Shown here one piece after another: positions 47,398 to 57,546 of a stretch of 64,000 nucleotides of DNA. The notes under the pieces are model-generated. The model was not told the origin of the DNA, ran no database searches, and worked only from the letters and a program-made list of their open reading frames with translations. Source of the stretch: Acidimicrobiia bacterium (GTDB lineage Bacteria > Actinomycetota > Acidimicrobiia > Spongiisociales > ZC4RG35); assembly GCA_965203555.1 (NCBI GenBank), contig CBDBCY010000004.1:64001-128000 (forward strand). The letters run 5' to 3'. Made by a program: the position numbers and the translations under genes. Numbering within the stretch: position 1 is the stretch's first letter; every line of letters begins with the position of its first letter.

Positions 47398-48549
47398 TCA
47401 GACCAGAATCCCGTCTATTCCCGATGGGGAGGTGTGAGGGCGGAGGATCTGCGCAAGGTTCCATCCTTCCTCCAATAGTTCCTCCACACCGGGAATCGCT
47501 GATGCAGATAAGGCGGTCGTACCCTCAGCGCCCGGTTGAAGGATCACCACCTCATCGAGTCCCAATCCGGGATCTTCGAGCAGTTCAGTCGAATGGGTGG
47601 AAAGAACGATTTGGGAGCTGTTGCGTCTCGCAGCCCGGTTCAGAAGAGTTGGAAGTCTCTGGACGATGGCCGTGTGGAGCGACAATTCAGGTTCCTCCAG
47701 CAGGATCACTCTACCTGCTCGTCGGGCTCCTTCCTGAACCATCCACAACAGACCGATCAGCCGCAATGTGCCATCGGAGAAGTCTTGTTCATTCTGCTTG
47801 GCGCCCCTGATGCGCCAGTGTTTGTAACGAGCTTCAAGGTGTGGCTTTCCGGCTTCGTCCCGTTCCAGAGTCAGACTCTCCAATTGGGGGACCGCGTGAC
47901 GTAAAGCATCATTGACTCTGCTCAAACGCTTGTTTCTGGTCTTGGTTGGCGTCCGGGCGATCCGAGCCAGAAAGTCACCACCGAACGGATCGGCATTCCT
48001 TCGGTGTCCGATTGCCGGATCTCTGATGATTTGTGGAACAAGGTGCAGATAACGAACTCCATTTAGGAACTCCGCAACAGGCCGGAAATCACGATTGGAA
48101 TTCACTTGTTCCAGCGCAGTTTGTGTAAGTCGTTCGTTATCCAATTGGTCGCTTTCGTCCGGACGCTCGATGACTGTCGAACCGTTCCTCTTCACAACCT
48201 CTCGACGTATGATCGGACGGTGGCGTCCCCTCTGTTCAACCGCAAAGTGAAGCTCATAACTCCAGGTGGGATTATTTCCCGGGGACACCAGCGTCATCTC
48301 GAGACCAACCCAGCCATGGTTGAAATTTCTCGCGGCCAGGCACCTGACCCGCTTCACTCCTCCACGGGCCGCAATGGCCTGCTGCAACCCGCCGCCGACT
48401 GTTGCCACGTCACGCAGGAACCTGAATGCGTCCAGTAGGTTGGACTTGCCGGAGGCGTTGGGTCCGACGACAAAAAGACGGCTTCCGACTGCGACCTCGG
48501 CTGACTTGAAATTTCTCCAGTTCATAAGGGAGAGTCGATCAATCCGCAT
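47398..48549 (-). CDS. ABC-type (AAA_21/OLD-like) ATPase
   Basis: NWRNF, Walker A GPNASGKSN, FSDGT, Walker B LLEEPE and STHS. Confidence 0.9.
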   Translation of the reverse strand: MRIDRLSLMNWRNFKSAEVAVGSRLFVVGPNASGKSNLLDAFRFLRDVATVGGGLQQAIAARGGVKRVRCLAARNFNHGWVGLEMTLVSPGNNPTWSYELHFAVEQRGRHRPIIRREVVKRNGSTVIERPDESDQLDNERLTQTALEQVNSNRDFRPVAEFLNGVRYLHLVPQIIRDPAIGHRRNADPFGGDFLARIARTPTKTRNKRLSRVNDALRHAVPQLESLTLERDEAGKPHLEARYKHWRIRGAKQNEQDFSDGTLRLIGLLWMVQEGARRAGRVILLEEPELSLHTAIVQRLPTLLNRAARRNSSQIVLSTHSTELLEDPGLGLDEVVILQPGAEGTTALSASAIPGVEELLEEGWNLAQILRPHTSPSGIDGILV

Positions 48550-48691
48550 TGAAATCCGTCCCTCCAAGCCGTTGACCTGGGTCCATCATCCTTTCACTTT
48601 ATCAAACAGACCAATTGTGGAGAGGCGCCGCTTTGCCGTCGAAGAAGTGAGGCCCACCGTGCAGTTGGTCATCGGATGGTGCTGGTGCAAC

Positions 48692-49549
48692 CTACAGGTA
48701 GCTGTAGAAACCTCGTCCGCTCTTGCGGCCGGTCCAGCCCGCTTCCACCAGTCGGGCCAGGAGAGGTGGGGGAGCTGAGCCGGGGTCGCGGAACTCGTCG
48801 TACAGGACTTTGCCGATCTCGTAGATGGTGTCAAGCCCGATGAAATCTGCCAACTGGAAGGGTCCCATAGGATGGTTCAAGCCCAATTTGACCGCACTGT
48901 CGATGTCTTCCCGGGTGGCGACGCCCGCTTCGAGCATCCGGATCGCCGACATCAAAAACGGGACCACCAAGCCGTTTACCACGAAGCCCGCCTGGTCCCG
49001 GCACAGCACGACGCTCTTGCCGAGATTGACGGAGACGAAATCGTTCACGATCTTGAGCGTGTCCTCCGAGGTGGTGATCGCCGGGATGACTTCCACCAGT
49101 TTCATGACCGGGGCGGGGTTGAAGAAGTGGATTCCCACCACGTTTTCCGGGCGGGTGGTGGCGGCGCCCAACCGGGCGATGGGGATGGATGAAGTGTTAG
49201 AGGCCAGGATCGCGTTACGGTCCTCGACCAACTGGTCGAGGCGCTCGAAGATGCTGAGCTTCAGGGAGATAACCTCCGAAACCGCCTCGATCACCAATTG
49301 GCTTTCCGAAAGCGACTCCAGGTCGTCGCCCACCGTCACATTGGTGAGGGTGCTCTCCTGCTGCTCAGCCGTCATCTTCCCCCGAGCCACCGCCTTTCCG
49401 GTGGAGTTCACGATGCGCTGGTAGGCGGCTTCGGCGCGGGCCGTGTCGGCTTCCACCACTGTGACCTCGCTTCCTGCCCGTGCGCAAACCTCGGCGATGC
49501 CGGAGCCCATCAGGCCACCTCCGACCACTCCCACTCTTGTGATATCCAT
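48692..49549 (-). CDS. 3-hydroxybutyryl-CoA dehydrogenase
   Basis: GGGLMGSGIA, ASNTSS, GIHFFNP, GFVVN, HPMGPF and GRKSGRGFY. Confidence 0.93.
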   Translation of the reverse strand: MDITRVGVVGGGLMGSGIAEVCARAGSEVTVVEADTARAEAAYQRIVNSTGKAVARGKMTAEQQESTLTNVTVGDDLESLSESQLVIEAVSEVISLKLSIFERLDQLVEDRNAILASNTSSIPIARLGAATTRPENVVGIHFFNPAPVMKLVEVIPAITTSEDTLKIVNDFVSVNLGKSVVLCRDQAGFVVNGLVVPFLMSAIRMLEAGVATREDIDSAVKLGLNHPMGPFQLADFIGLDTIYEIGKVLYDEFRDPGSAPPPLLARLVEAGWTGRKSGRGFYSYL

Positions 49550-49595
49550 ATCCTTCTTCCGTTCGATGTTTCTTGATTCGCCCTACGGGCTTCCG

Positions 49596-50903
49596 TCAGC
49601 GGGGAGGATTGTTGGAATCATCTCCCAAGGACAGGGCGTCCTGTTCCCGCCTTAGAGAAGTGATAGTAAACAACTGGTCGAGCTCCACATCCGCGTAGGT
49701 GAGTGGAGTGCCCGCTTCCAAGTCATTGACGACGCGGGCGCCGGACGCTAGTCCAAGGGGCAGCAGGCTTTCACGACGGGCAACATCGGCCCTCTCGATT
49801 GTTCCGTAGACACAGAAACCACCGATTCCATCAATCTCCTCGCCACTGCGAAGAGGTTTTTTGGCGATGGTGATGGTCTCCGCCGAGGGAGCATCGTCGG
49901 TGGCCAGGGTGGTTTCTCCACGGAGTACCGCTTTCGCAATCGATACCGGGGTTTCCAGGCTGGTTAGATGGTAGGGTCGGAACAGAGCCCAATAGGGGCC
50001 GTTGCCCACCTTCAGATACACCAGGTCCCGCACCAGCTTGTGGTGGTCGGTGGTGAACACCACGAATACTCCGGGAGCCACGCCCCGTCCGTAGTCCACC
50101 CGGTTGCGCCCCGAGAAGATTCCTCCCTCGTCGCGCGGTATATAAGTGGAAGCGAGGGTATGGCGCGTCACCTCCGGACCGTGCATCCCTCTCTTGTCGG
50201 GCAGGTAACCGAGAGCATTGGAGATAGTGGTCATCTCCATCATTGTCTTGCTGCCGTCTACAAATGAGGAGAGCATCTTGGGGTTCATCATCTGGCGGTG
50301 AGCTGTCTCCGCCACCGTGTCGGGATTGGCGGTGGGAATCAGTGGGTTGTTCTTGCCCTTCCCAACGCTGACCACGTCGAATCCCAGGCAGGTTGCGAAC
50401 TCGTACAACTCGGCGATGGCGCCCGGCTCGTCTCCACCCGACAGGGAGTAGATGACTCCCGCCTCCTTGGCCCGTTGGCGGAGGAGCGCCCCCACGGTGG
50501 CGTCCGCCTCGACGTTCATCTGCATCATATGCTTGCCGGCTTCTATAGCCTGCAGGGCTACTTTGGCGCCCATCTCGGGCACGCCGGTGGCCTCCACGGT
50601 GACGTCCAGCGGCGGAGAACTGGCCAGGGCGGCGTTCGTCGTGTGGACCCGCTTTCCGTCGGCTATCGCCTGCGAGGCTCGGTCAAGGTCGTCGGTTTGG
50701 ATGACTTCTTCTTCCACCCCCGCTGAGCGATAGATCTCCGCCGAGCGACCGCTTCCCCGGTCCACGATCACGCAGGCTTGCATACCGTCCATCCGTTCCA
50801 TGGTGATGGCCAGTCCCTCGCCCATCTGCCCGGCGCCCACTATCCCCACCCTGATCGGGTTGCCGTCCGCCTGCCGGGAACGAAGAAGAGAACTGAGGGT
50901 CAT
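49596..50903 (-). CDS. NAD(P)-dependent oxidoreductase, homoserine-dehydrogenase-like with C-terminal SAF domain
   Basis: VGAGQMG, EATG, NVEAD, GDEPG, GKGKNN, DGSKT..E, RPYHL and AKK.L..GE.IDG.GG. TAGACT lies 7 nt before ATG 50903. Confidence 0.87.
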   Translation of the reverse strand: MTLSSLLRSRQADGNPIRVGIVGAGQMGEGLAITMERMDGMQACVIVDRGSGRSAEIYRSAGVEEEVIQTDDLDRASQAIADGKRVHTTNAALASSPPLDVTVEATGVPEMGAKVALQAIEAGKHMMQMNVEADATVGALLRQRAKEAGVIYSLSGGDEPGAIAELYEFATCLGFDVVSVGKGKNNPLIPTANPDTVAETAHRQMMNPKMLSSFVDGSKTMMEMTTISNALGYLPDKRGMHGPEVTRHTLASTYIPRDEGGIFSGRNRVDYGRGVAPGVFVVFTTDHHKLVRDLVYLKVGNGPYWALFRPYHLTSLETPVSIAKAVLRGETTLATDDAPSAETITIAKKPLRSGEEIDGIGGFCVYGTIERADVARRESLLPLGLASGARVVNDLEAGTPLTYADVELDQLFTITSLRREQDALSLGDDSNNPPR

Positions 50904-51189
50904 TTTTGCCAGTCTATTGGTGAGGTGCCGATGACAGTATGGAATGGGGGAGACGAGGTGTTGATGCCGTAGCGGTGAACGGATCCGTAAAAGGGAGGAC
51001 ACGATTTGGGACGGATGAGCCGAGTGCTCTGCTCCTGTTCATTCCGGTACTGCCGGCGGGCGCGCCCATCGTTGGTCGCCGAACTGATCGAGGGATACGA
51101 TCATTGTTCCAGAAGGATGAATAGTGCTTGAAACCGGAACAGCCAGTGATGTTCTGTGCCGGGCGGGTGTTCGGGAACAAGGTGCTGGC

Positions 51190-52785
51190 TCATGAGACGA
51201 GCACTCCCGGGTTGAGGATTCCCTTCGGGTCAAGATGTTCTTTCGCCCGGGTCAGGACGTCGCCGAACAGTTCGGGACGTTGCTTCTCGTACCAAGGCTG
51301 GTGATCGCGTCCGACAGCGTGGTGATGAGTGATCGTCCCGCCGTGGTAAATCACCGCGTCGGATACGGCTCGTTTCATCTCCCACCACTGCTTGAGCATG
51401 GAGTTGGGATCCGCGGCGCAGTGGAAGGCGAAGTAGGGGGCTGGGCCGTCGGGGTATGAGTGGCTGAACCGGCAGGAGACGGCGCCTTCCGTGCCCGTGA
51501 CCTCCCGGATAGCCTGCGTGGTGGCCTCTCTTACACCGTGGTAGAAAGACTCGAAGCGGTCCCATGTAATGGCCGACTCGAAGGTGTCGGAGATGATCCC
51601 CAGAGGGGTGAGGACTTCCCGGTTGTAGGGCATCCTGATGAAGGCGTCACGCCAGGCGCCGACCGCTCCCTGCAGATGAGCGTCCGGATTGGTCCGCCAA
51701 TCGACATCTGGCGCCCCGCCGTGATCCAGGGCGCACTCTTCGGCCCGGTCCATCCACGCGTCGACCGGGTGGTCGGCTGACTCGAAGGAAACCACCAGCA
51801 GGGTGAACGAACCGTCCCCGGCGCCGTTGACCTGTAGTTCCACCCCGTCGACGATGCGCACGTTGGCCGGGAACAGACCTGCCTGCGAGATGGCTCGCAC
51901 CGCGCCGGCAGCCTGGATGAAGTCCGGGAACCGGAATCCGGCGGTGGCTTTGAACCGGACCCGGCCCTGCAGTCGCACCCAGGCCTCGGTGATGATCCCC
52001 AATGCCCCTTCGGAGCCGATCATGAGCCGGTCCGGGCTGGGACCGGCGCCCGAGCCCGGCAGGCGTCGCGACTCCATCCTTCCGGCCGGAGTAACCATGG
52101 AGACGCTTTCAACCAGGTCGTCAATGTGGGTGTACAGAGTGGCGAAGTGCCCCCCGGAGCGGGTGGCTATCCATCCTCCCAGGGTAGAAAGCTGGAATGA
52201 CTGGGGGAAGTGCCGAAGCGTCATGCCGTGAGGCTTCAGACCGGCTTCCAGTTCCGGGCCGCGCGCTCCGCCCTGGATGCGCGCCGCACGGGAGACGGGA
52301 TCGACCTCCAAGACCCGGTTCATCCGGGTCATGTCCATGATCACGGTTCCGGCGTAACCGTCCCCGACATCGGGAGTGACCCCGCCGACCACCGATGACC
52401 CGCCCCCGAATGGAATCAGCGCGGCGCCCACCTCGCCCGCCCATTCCAACACGGCCACCACCTCGGCTTCATCGGTAGGGTATGCCACCACGTCCGGGGC
52501 ATGCGCGAAGTCACGGGCGAAGATGCGGATCGAATCGGGCTGGGATTCTCCGAAACTGTGGAGGACTCGCTCGTAAGGCGCCCGGGTGCATATCGACGAG
52601 AGACTTTCCGGCGGATCAAGGCGTGGCTCGGCAAGAGAGATCTCTCCGAGAGAGGGCGTTTTTACCTGGCCGGCGCCGCGGATTGCGAACTGGTCGGCGA
52701 GAGTGGAGAGCACCCCCTCCCTTTCGCGGGTGGACAAGCCATCTCCTTCGTACCCCCAACCCCAGAACTTCACCCGCCTTGACAT
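51190..52785 (-). CDS. FAD-binding oxidoreductase (alkyl-DHAP-synthase-like)
   Basis: FWGWG, PFGGGSSVVGG, RHFPQS..STLGGW, GSEGALG, HHHAVG and DP.GILNPG. Confidence 0.88.
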   Translation of the reverse strand: MSRRVKFWGWGYEGDGLSTREREGVLSTLADQFAIRGAGQVKTPSLGEISLAEPRLDPPESLSSICTRAPYERVLHSFGESQPDSIRIFARDFAHAPDVVAYPTDEAEVVAVLEWAGEVGAALIPFGGGSSVVGGVTPDVGDGYAGTVIMDMTRMNRVLEVDPVSRAARIQGGARGPELEAGLKPHGMTLRHFPQSFQLSTLGGWIATRSGGHFATLYTHIDDLVESVSMVTPAGRMESRRLPGSGAGPSPDRLMIGSEGALGIITEAWVRLQGRVRFKATAGFRFPDFIQAAGAVRAISQAGLFPANVRIVDGVELQVNGAGDGSFTLLVVSFESADHPVDAWMDRAEECALDHGGAPDVDWRTNPDAHLQGAVGAWRDAFIRMPYNREVLTPLGIISDTFESAITWDRFESFYHGVREATTQAIREVTGTEGAVSCRFSHSYPDGPAPYFAFHCAADPNSMLKQWWEMKRAVSDAVIYHGGTITHHHAVGRDHQPWYEKQRPELFGDVLTRAKEHLDPKGILNPGVLVS

Positions 52786-52923
52786 GAATCCGACCTTCCG
52801 GCTCGAGAAGCCTTACCGGCAGATATCCTACCGAACGGTCGCCACGGCGGCCCATGGGTGGCCGGCGCCGGGAGGTGCAGGCGATACAGCCCGCGGTTTG
52901 CTGACCGGTAACCTTCCCTCTCT

Positions 52924-55347
52924 ATGGAATACGACGTGGCGGCGGTCGAGGCGAAGTGGCAGGACTACTGGGAACGGGAGAAGACCTTTTACACCACCGA
53001 GGACACCCGGCGGCCCAAGTACTACAACCTGCAGATGTACCCCTATCCATCGGGTGATCTGCACATGGGGCACCTGCGCAACTACACCTACGTCGACCTG
53101 CTCACCCGCTACCGCCGGATGCAGGGCTACAACGTGTTGTCTCCCATGGGATGGGACTCCTTCGGCCTCCCCGCCGAGAATGCCGCCATCGCCACCGGTA
53201 TCCATCCCCGCGAGTTCACCGAACGTCAGATAGTCAGGATGAAATCCCAGCTTCGGCGGCTGGGAGCGGTCTACGACTGGAGCAGGGAACTGGCCTGTCA
53301 CACCCCCGAGTACTACAAGTGGGACCAGTGGCTGTTCCTGAAGTTGTACGAGCAGGGACTGGCCTACAAGTCTCGCTCGGCGGTGAACTGGTGCGAGCAG
53401 GACCAAACCGTGCTGGCCAACGAGCAGGTGGTGAACGGCGCCTGCGAGCGATGCAATTCGCTGGTCACCCGCCGTGACCTTTCGCAGTGGCACTTCCGCA
53501 TCACCAAGTACGCGGATCGACTCCTTGATGACTTGGAGGGTCTGGACTGGCCGGAGCGGGTCAAGACCATGCAGGAAAACTGGATCGGGCGCTCGGAAGG
53601 ATGTGATTTCAAGATCCGGGTGGCCGACGGAGAGGGCGAATTCGAGGTCTACACCACCCGGCCCGACACCATCTACGGGATGACGTTCGCGGTGCTGGCG
53701 CCGGAGCACCCTCTGGTGGGGAAACTGGTGGCCGACACCGACTACGAAGAGAGCATCCGGGCCTATGTGGAGCGGGTGTCTGCGGCCAGCGAACTGGAGA
53801 GGATGGCCACCGGCGAGAAGTCTGGAATCTTCATCGGACGGTACTGCATCAACCCCGTGAACGGCAAGCGGGTGCCCCTTTACATCGCCGACTACGTCCT
53901 GATGGGATACGGGACCGGGGCGATCATGGGTGTGCCCGGGGAGGATCAGCGGGACTGGGACTTCGCCGCCCAGCGAGGTCTGGAGATCATTCGCACCGTG
54001 CAGCCTCCCCCCGGGTTTGAAGGAGAGGCCTACACGGGTGAAGGGGTGGCCGTCAACTCGGACTTTCTGAACGGCCTGCGGACCCCCGCCGCCAAGAGGA
54101 GAATCATTGGCTGGCTGGAGAAGCGGGGAATCGGCCGTCGGGCGGTGAAATATCGACTCCGCGACTGGCTGGTGTCCCGGCAGCGCTACTGGGGTTGTCC
54201 CATTCCCATGATCAACTGCGACTTATGCGGTCTGGTGCCGGTTCCTGAAGAAGATTTACCGGTGATCCATCCTGACGTCGAGGAGTACCGGCCGCGGGGG
54301 CAGTCTCCGCTGGCCTTGGCCACCGACTGGGTGGAAGCGGGCTGTCCCCGCTGCGGTGCGCCGGGATCGAGGGAGACCGACACTATGGACACGTTTGTGG
54401 ATTCGTCATGGTATTTCCTCCGCTACTGCGACGCTCACAACTCCGAGCGAATATTCGACGACCAAAAGGTGAACTACTGGATGGCGGTCGATCAGTACAT
54501 CGGCGGAGTGGAGCATGCGGTTCTTCACCTGCTCTATGCCCGGTTCATCACCAAGGTCCTGTATGACCTGGGCTACAGCCCGGCCGAGGAACCTTTCACC
54601 CGCCTGTTCACCCAGGGAATGCTGGTGAAAGACGGCGCCAAGATGTCAAAGTCAAAAGGCAACGTGGTTACTCCCGAGCCATATTACGAGCGGTACGGCG
54701 CCGATGCCATCCGGCTGTATGAGTTGTTCATCGGACCCCCCACCGACGATGCGGTATGGATCGACGGGGGAGTGGAAGGCACCGCTCGTTTCCTGGATCG
54801 GGTGTGGCGACTGGGGATGGGAGAGGTCGGTTCGGTTACCGACCGGGCAATGAATCGGCGGGACAAGGCCATTTTGGGTGTGGCGCACCGCGCTTTGCGC
54901 AAGGTCACCTCCGACATCGACCGGTTCCATTTCAACACGGTCGTTTCCACGCTGATGGCGTTGATCAACGAGATGATCGCCTACCTGCGGGGAGGGGGGA
55001 GCGCCGCAACCTTCCGGGAGATTTATCGGATGCTTCTCCTGATGCTGGGGCCCCTGGCGCCGCATGTCTCCCATGAGCTGTGGGAACGCTTGGAATACGG
55101 GGGGATCCTGGCCACCCAGGCATGGCCGCAGTGGGACGAGGAGATCGCCCGGGAGGAGACCGTGGTGATGGTCCTTCAGGTCAACGGCAAGGTGCGGGAC
55201 CGGGCGGAGGTGCCGGTGGATATCGATGACGCATCCGCCGAACTGGTGGCCCTCCGCTCGGAGAGAATGCAACGCTGGCTGGAAGGGGGACGGATCGTCC
55301 GGGTGGTCGTCCGCGCGCCCCGGATCGTCAACGTGGTGGTGCGTTAG
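52924..55347 (+). CDS. leuS: Leucine--tRNA ligase
   Basis: PYPSGDLHMGH, TTRPDT, SRQRYWG and KMSKS. Confidence 0.97.
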   Translation: MEYDVAAVEAKWQDYWEREKTFYTTEDTRRPKYYNLQMYPYPSGDLHMGHLRNYTYVDLLTRYRRMQGYNVLSPMGWDSFGLPAENAAIATGIHPREFTERQIVRMKSQLRRLGAVYDWSRELACHTPEYYKWDQWLFLKLYEQGLAYKSRSAVNWCEQDQTVLANEQVVNGACERCNSLVTRRDLSQWHFRITKYADRLLDDLEGLDWPERVKTMQENWIGRSEGCDFKIRVADGEGEFEVYTTRPDTIYGMTFAVLAPEHPLVGKLVADTDYEESIRAYVERVSAASELERMATGEKSGIFIGRYCINPVNGKRVPLYIADYVLMGYGTGAIMGVPGEDQRDWDFAAQRGLEIIRTVQPPPGFEGEAYTGEGVAVNSDFLNGLRTPAAKRRIIGWLEKRGIGRRAVKYRLRDWLVSRQRYWGCPIPMINCDLCGLVPVPEEDLPVIHPDVEEYRPRGQSPLALATDWVEAGCPRCGAPGSRETDTMDTFVDSSWYFLRYCDAHNSERIFDDQKVNYWMAVDQYIGGVEHAVLHLLYARFITKVLYDLGYSPAEEPFTRLFTQGMLVKDGAKMSKSKGNVVTPEPYYERYGADAIRLYELFIGPPTDDAVWIDGGVEGTARFLDRVWRLGMGEVGSVTDRAMNRRDKAILGVAHRALRKVTSDIDRFHFNTVVSTLMALINEMIAYLRGGGSAATFREIYRMLLLMLGPLAPHVSHELWERLEYGGILATQAWPQWDEEIAREETVVMVLQVNGKVRDRAEVPVDIDDASAELVALRSERMQRWLEGGRIVRVVVRAPRIVNVVVR

Positions 55348-55350
55348 CAG

Positions 55351-55375
55351 AAGGCAGACGCCTCCGGCCTGCCTT
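55351..55375 (+). terminator. Hairpin after leuS (possible terminator)
   Basis: aaggcag...ctgcctt 7-bp stem starting 3 nt after the stop; no U-tract. Confidence 0.35.
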
Positions 55376-55565
55376 GGCGCGCTGAACCCGGGCCTATGAG
55401 AGGCCTTCCGGTCTCTTGGAGTCCGCAGGGACAGCGCATCCGACCTTCCCGGTTCTCACAGATAAAACGGCTGGGACGGCACGACTATCGACGATGGATG
55501 GATGTGAGGCCTCTGCGAAAGCGGTGTGAGGTGCTGTTTGTGGGTTTCCCGGCCCGGCGAATCAG

Positions 55566-55970
55566 TCAGGGGGCTGGTGGCAGCAGCGTGGCTTCCTCGA
55601 AACTCGCCAGCTTGCGATCGAAAGTGTACAGAGCACCTGCCCCGGTTCGCCGGGCAGCCGCCAAGATCATCATGTCCGCAAAGTCGATCTCACCCCGGCG
55701 GTAACCGGGTAGAACTCTCATGACATCGTCAGATGCTTCGATCACCAGGGAGGCAGCGAGAATCAGATTCTCCAGGATGTTCGCGACCTGATGTCTGGAC
55801 AGGCGGTAGGATCGCTCCAGCACCCAGGCCGTCTCGACCAGTACCTCTCGGCAGATGAAGCCCGGGTTGACGGGTGTCAGTGACTCCAGCAGGACGGCAG
55901 CGGCTTCGGCCTGCTCAGGATCATCCCATACCGCATAGCGGATAAGCACGTTGGTATCGAGAGCGATCAA
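55566..55970 (-). CDS. vapC: VapC-type PIN toxin
   Basis: IALDTNVLIRY, E..WVL, DFAD and TFD. Confidence 0.9.
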   Translation of the reverse strand: MIALDTNVLIRYAVWDDPEQAEAAAVLLESLTPVNPGFICREVLVETAWVLERSYRLSRHQVANILENLILAASLVIEASDDVMRVLPGYRRGEIDFADMMILAAARRTGAGALYTFDRKLASFEEATLLPPAP

Positions 55971-56233
55971 GCCCCATCGTCCAATGCGCCATGACTGCCT
56001 GCGCTTGCGATGGCGCCCTGTGCTATCGCCTCGTCCATTTTCTCCAGGGTTATGGCGGGACCGTCATATTCCACAATTCCCCGGAGGCTGCTGATTGGTT
56101 GCAGTGCTCTCATTCGCACCTCCCCGTCGGAGATCAAATATGCGACCTTGTCTCCGGGCTGTAAACCGAGCACCTCTCTGACAGCCTTAGGCACAGTGGT
56201 CTGACCCTTGGCGGTGATCCGAGATTGAATCAT
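55967..56233 (-). CDS. AbrB/MazE-type antitoxin
   Basis: ITAKGQTTVPK.VR..LGL.PGD. GGAGG RBS; the stop overlaps the toxin start. Confidence 0.9.
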   Translation of the reverse strand: MIQSRITAKGQTTVPKAVREVLGLQPGDKVAYLISDGEVRMRALQPISSLRGIVEYDGPAITLEKMDEAIAQGAIASAGSHGALDDGA

Positions 56234-56265
56234 GTCTGCAACCTCCATTGTCCGCTCTCAACTGT

Positions 56266-56310
56266 CCTTACTTTCTTGAGTATAGAAGGTTAATGGCGTT
56301 AGATGTAAGG
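56266..56310 (-). promoter_or_regulatory. TA promoter (-10 TATACT) flanked by CCTTAC...GTAAGG inverted half-sites (likely autoregulatory operator)
   Basis: ccttac at 56266-56271, gtaagg at 56305-56310, agtata at 56279-56284. Confidence 0.55.
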
Positions 56311-56355
56311 CAACTCTGGAATCTGGGGTTGCGGGATGAGGTTGCTCGCCATCAT

Positions 56356-56757
56356 CTAGGAAGATCTCAGGAGACGTCGACCCTCAGCAATGAACAGGAC
56401 GGGCATAACCGAGTCGATCACATGCCAGATGGTCCATGCGGCGGCCTCGTTGACGTGCTGTGTGAAAGCCTCCCCGAACCAGTTGGGAAAGAAAGCGAGC
56501 GCCAGGATGGCGGTGCCGTAGAACATCACGTCGGCAGTGGAACAGCAGGAGTCGCTATCTGCCTTGCCCATCTGCCTGCGTTGGTTGGTGGTGTACAACG
56601 ACAACACCAGGCCCAGGGCCATGAACCAGTCGAGCACCAGCCAGATCGCGATGCCGGCATCCGTGTTGTTCCCATAGAGCGGATACAGCACGAACTGAAC
56701 AGCCACCGCGGCACCCACCACCACCAGGTAGATGCCGATTAAACGATTCTTTCCCAT
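56356..56757 (-). CDS. Hypothetical 4-TM membrane protein
   Basis: AGGAGGAG RBS and four hydrophobic segments. Confidence 0.7.
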   Translation of the reverse strand: MGKNRLIGIYLVVVGAAVAVQFVLYPLYGNNTDAGIAIWLVLDWFMALGLVLSLYTTNQRRQMGKADSDSCCSTADVMFYGTAILALAFFPNWFGEAFTQHVNEAAAWTIWHVIDSVMPVLFIAEGRRLLRSS

Positions 56758-56910
56758 TATTATCTCCTCCTTCACCGCTGGCTTTGGGATTCGGGGTGCC
56801 CGCCAGCTGGCCTCTGTTGGTCTTCCAATAGAACTTTAGGGCTGATAGCAGTCGGTCGGCCGTCATCTTCTGCAAGGGAAGGGACAGCCCCCGCTACTAC
56901 TCTCCCCACC

Positions 56911-57546
56911 ATGATTGATGCGGTGACGGAGGCCCGTCAACTAATCAGGATCGTGGCTGGTGATTCAGGTTTGCCTCGGTACATACGTGTTGAGGCGCGT
57001 TCTCTGAATGTGGCGGCTGCAACCAAGCCTGGCTGGGTTTGTGATCGTCTTGAGGAGTTGCGTCAAAGCGTCATTCCGGATCTGCCGGTTGCGATACCTG
57101 AAGTCGACTATGCCCGTTGCGTCGCGGTCGAGGTGTTTTGGCGTCACTACATCCGGCCTGCCAGGCAAGCCTTCTTTGATACCGCCAATGACTACCTTCG
57201 CTACCTCGAAGCGACGGATGATCCGGCAGGTGTGGCGGCTGGCGACTTGCTCCAAGGGATCCTTGTTCGGTCCGCTCACTCCTGGCTGGTGCCCACTGAA
57301 CTGATCGTCGGTTTGGATGGTGCCGCTACCAAGGCCCGGTTGAGGATCGCCCATGGACCGCCGTACATCGTGATGCTTTTCTCTGTCGAGAGAATGGTGA
57401 GGTCAGGGGTGAAGATACGCGAGCCACGCGGCACAGATGCCGTGCCGGGTCGCTTGGTGCAGTGGTGGTCTGGAGATGTGCCGGGAGAGCGTATTGATCA
57501 GGACATTCCAACTGCCGCTCTCGAAGGTCTGGAGTGGCGACGGTGA
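56911..57546 (+). CDS. Hypothetical protein with a possible ADP-ribosyltransferase-like (R-S-E) fold
   Basis: TACTCT lies 7 nt before the ATG. YAR, HSWLVP and ERI are spaced like ART strands (inference). GTGA overlap with the next gene. Confidence 0.6.
   Translation: MIDAVTEARQLIRIVAGDSGLPRYIRVEARSLNVAAATKPGWVCDRLEELRQSVIPDLPVAIPEVDYARCVAVEVFWRHYIRPARQAFFDTANDYLRYLEATDDPAGVAAGDLLQGILVRSAHSWLVPTELIVGLDGAATKARLRIAHGPPYIVMLFSVERMVRSGVKIREPRGTDAVPGRLVQWWSGDVPGERIDQDIPTAALEGLEWRR

Noticed and set aside
50904-51189. Possible riboswitch upstream of the SAF-domain gene
   Set aside because: The TAGACT hexamer 7 nt before the ATG points to a leaderless transcript, and no aptamer consensus is visible.
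55566-56233. VapBC pair as a novel system
   Set aside because: Ordinary AbrB-PIN type II TA module.
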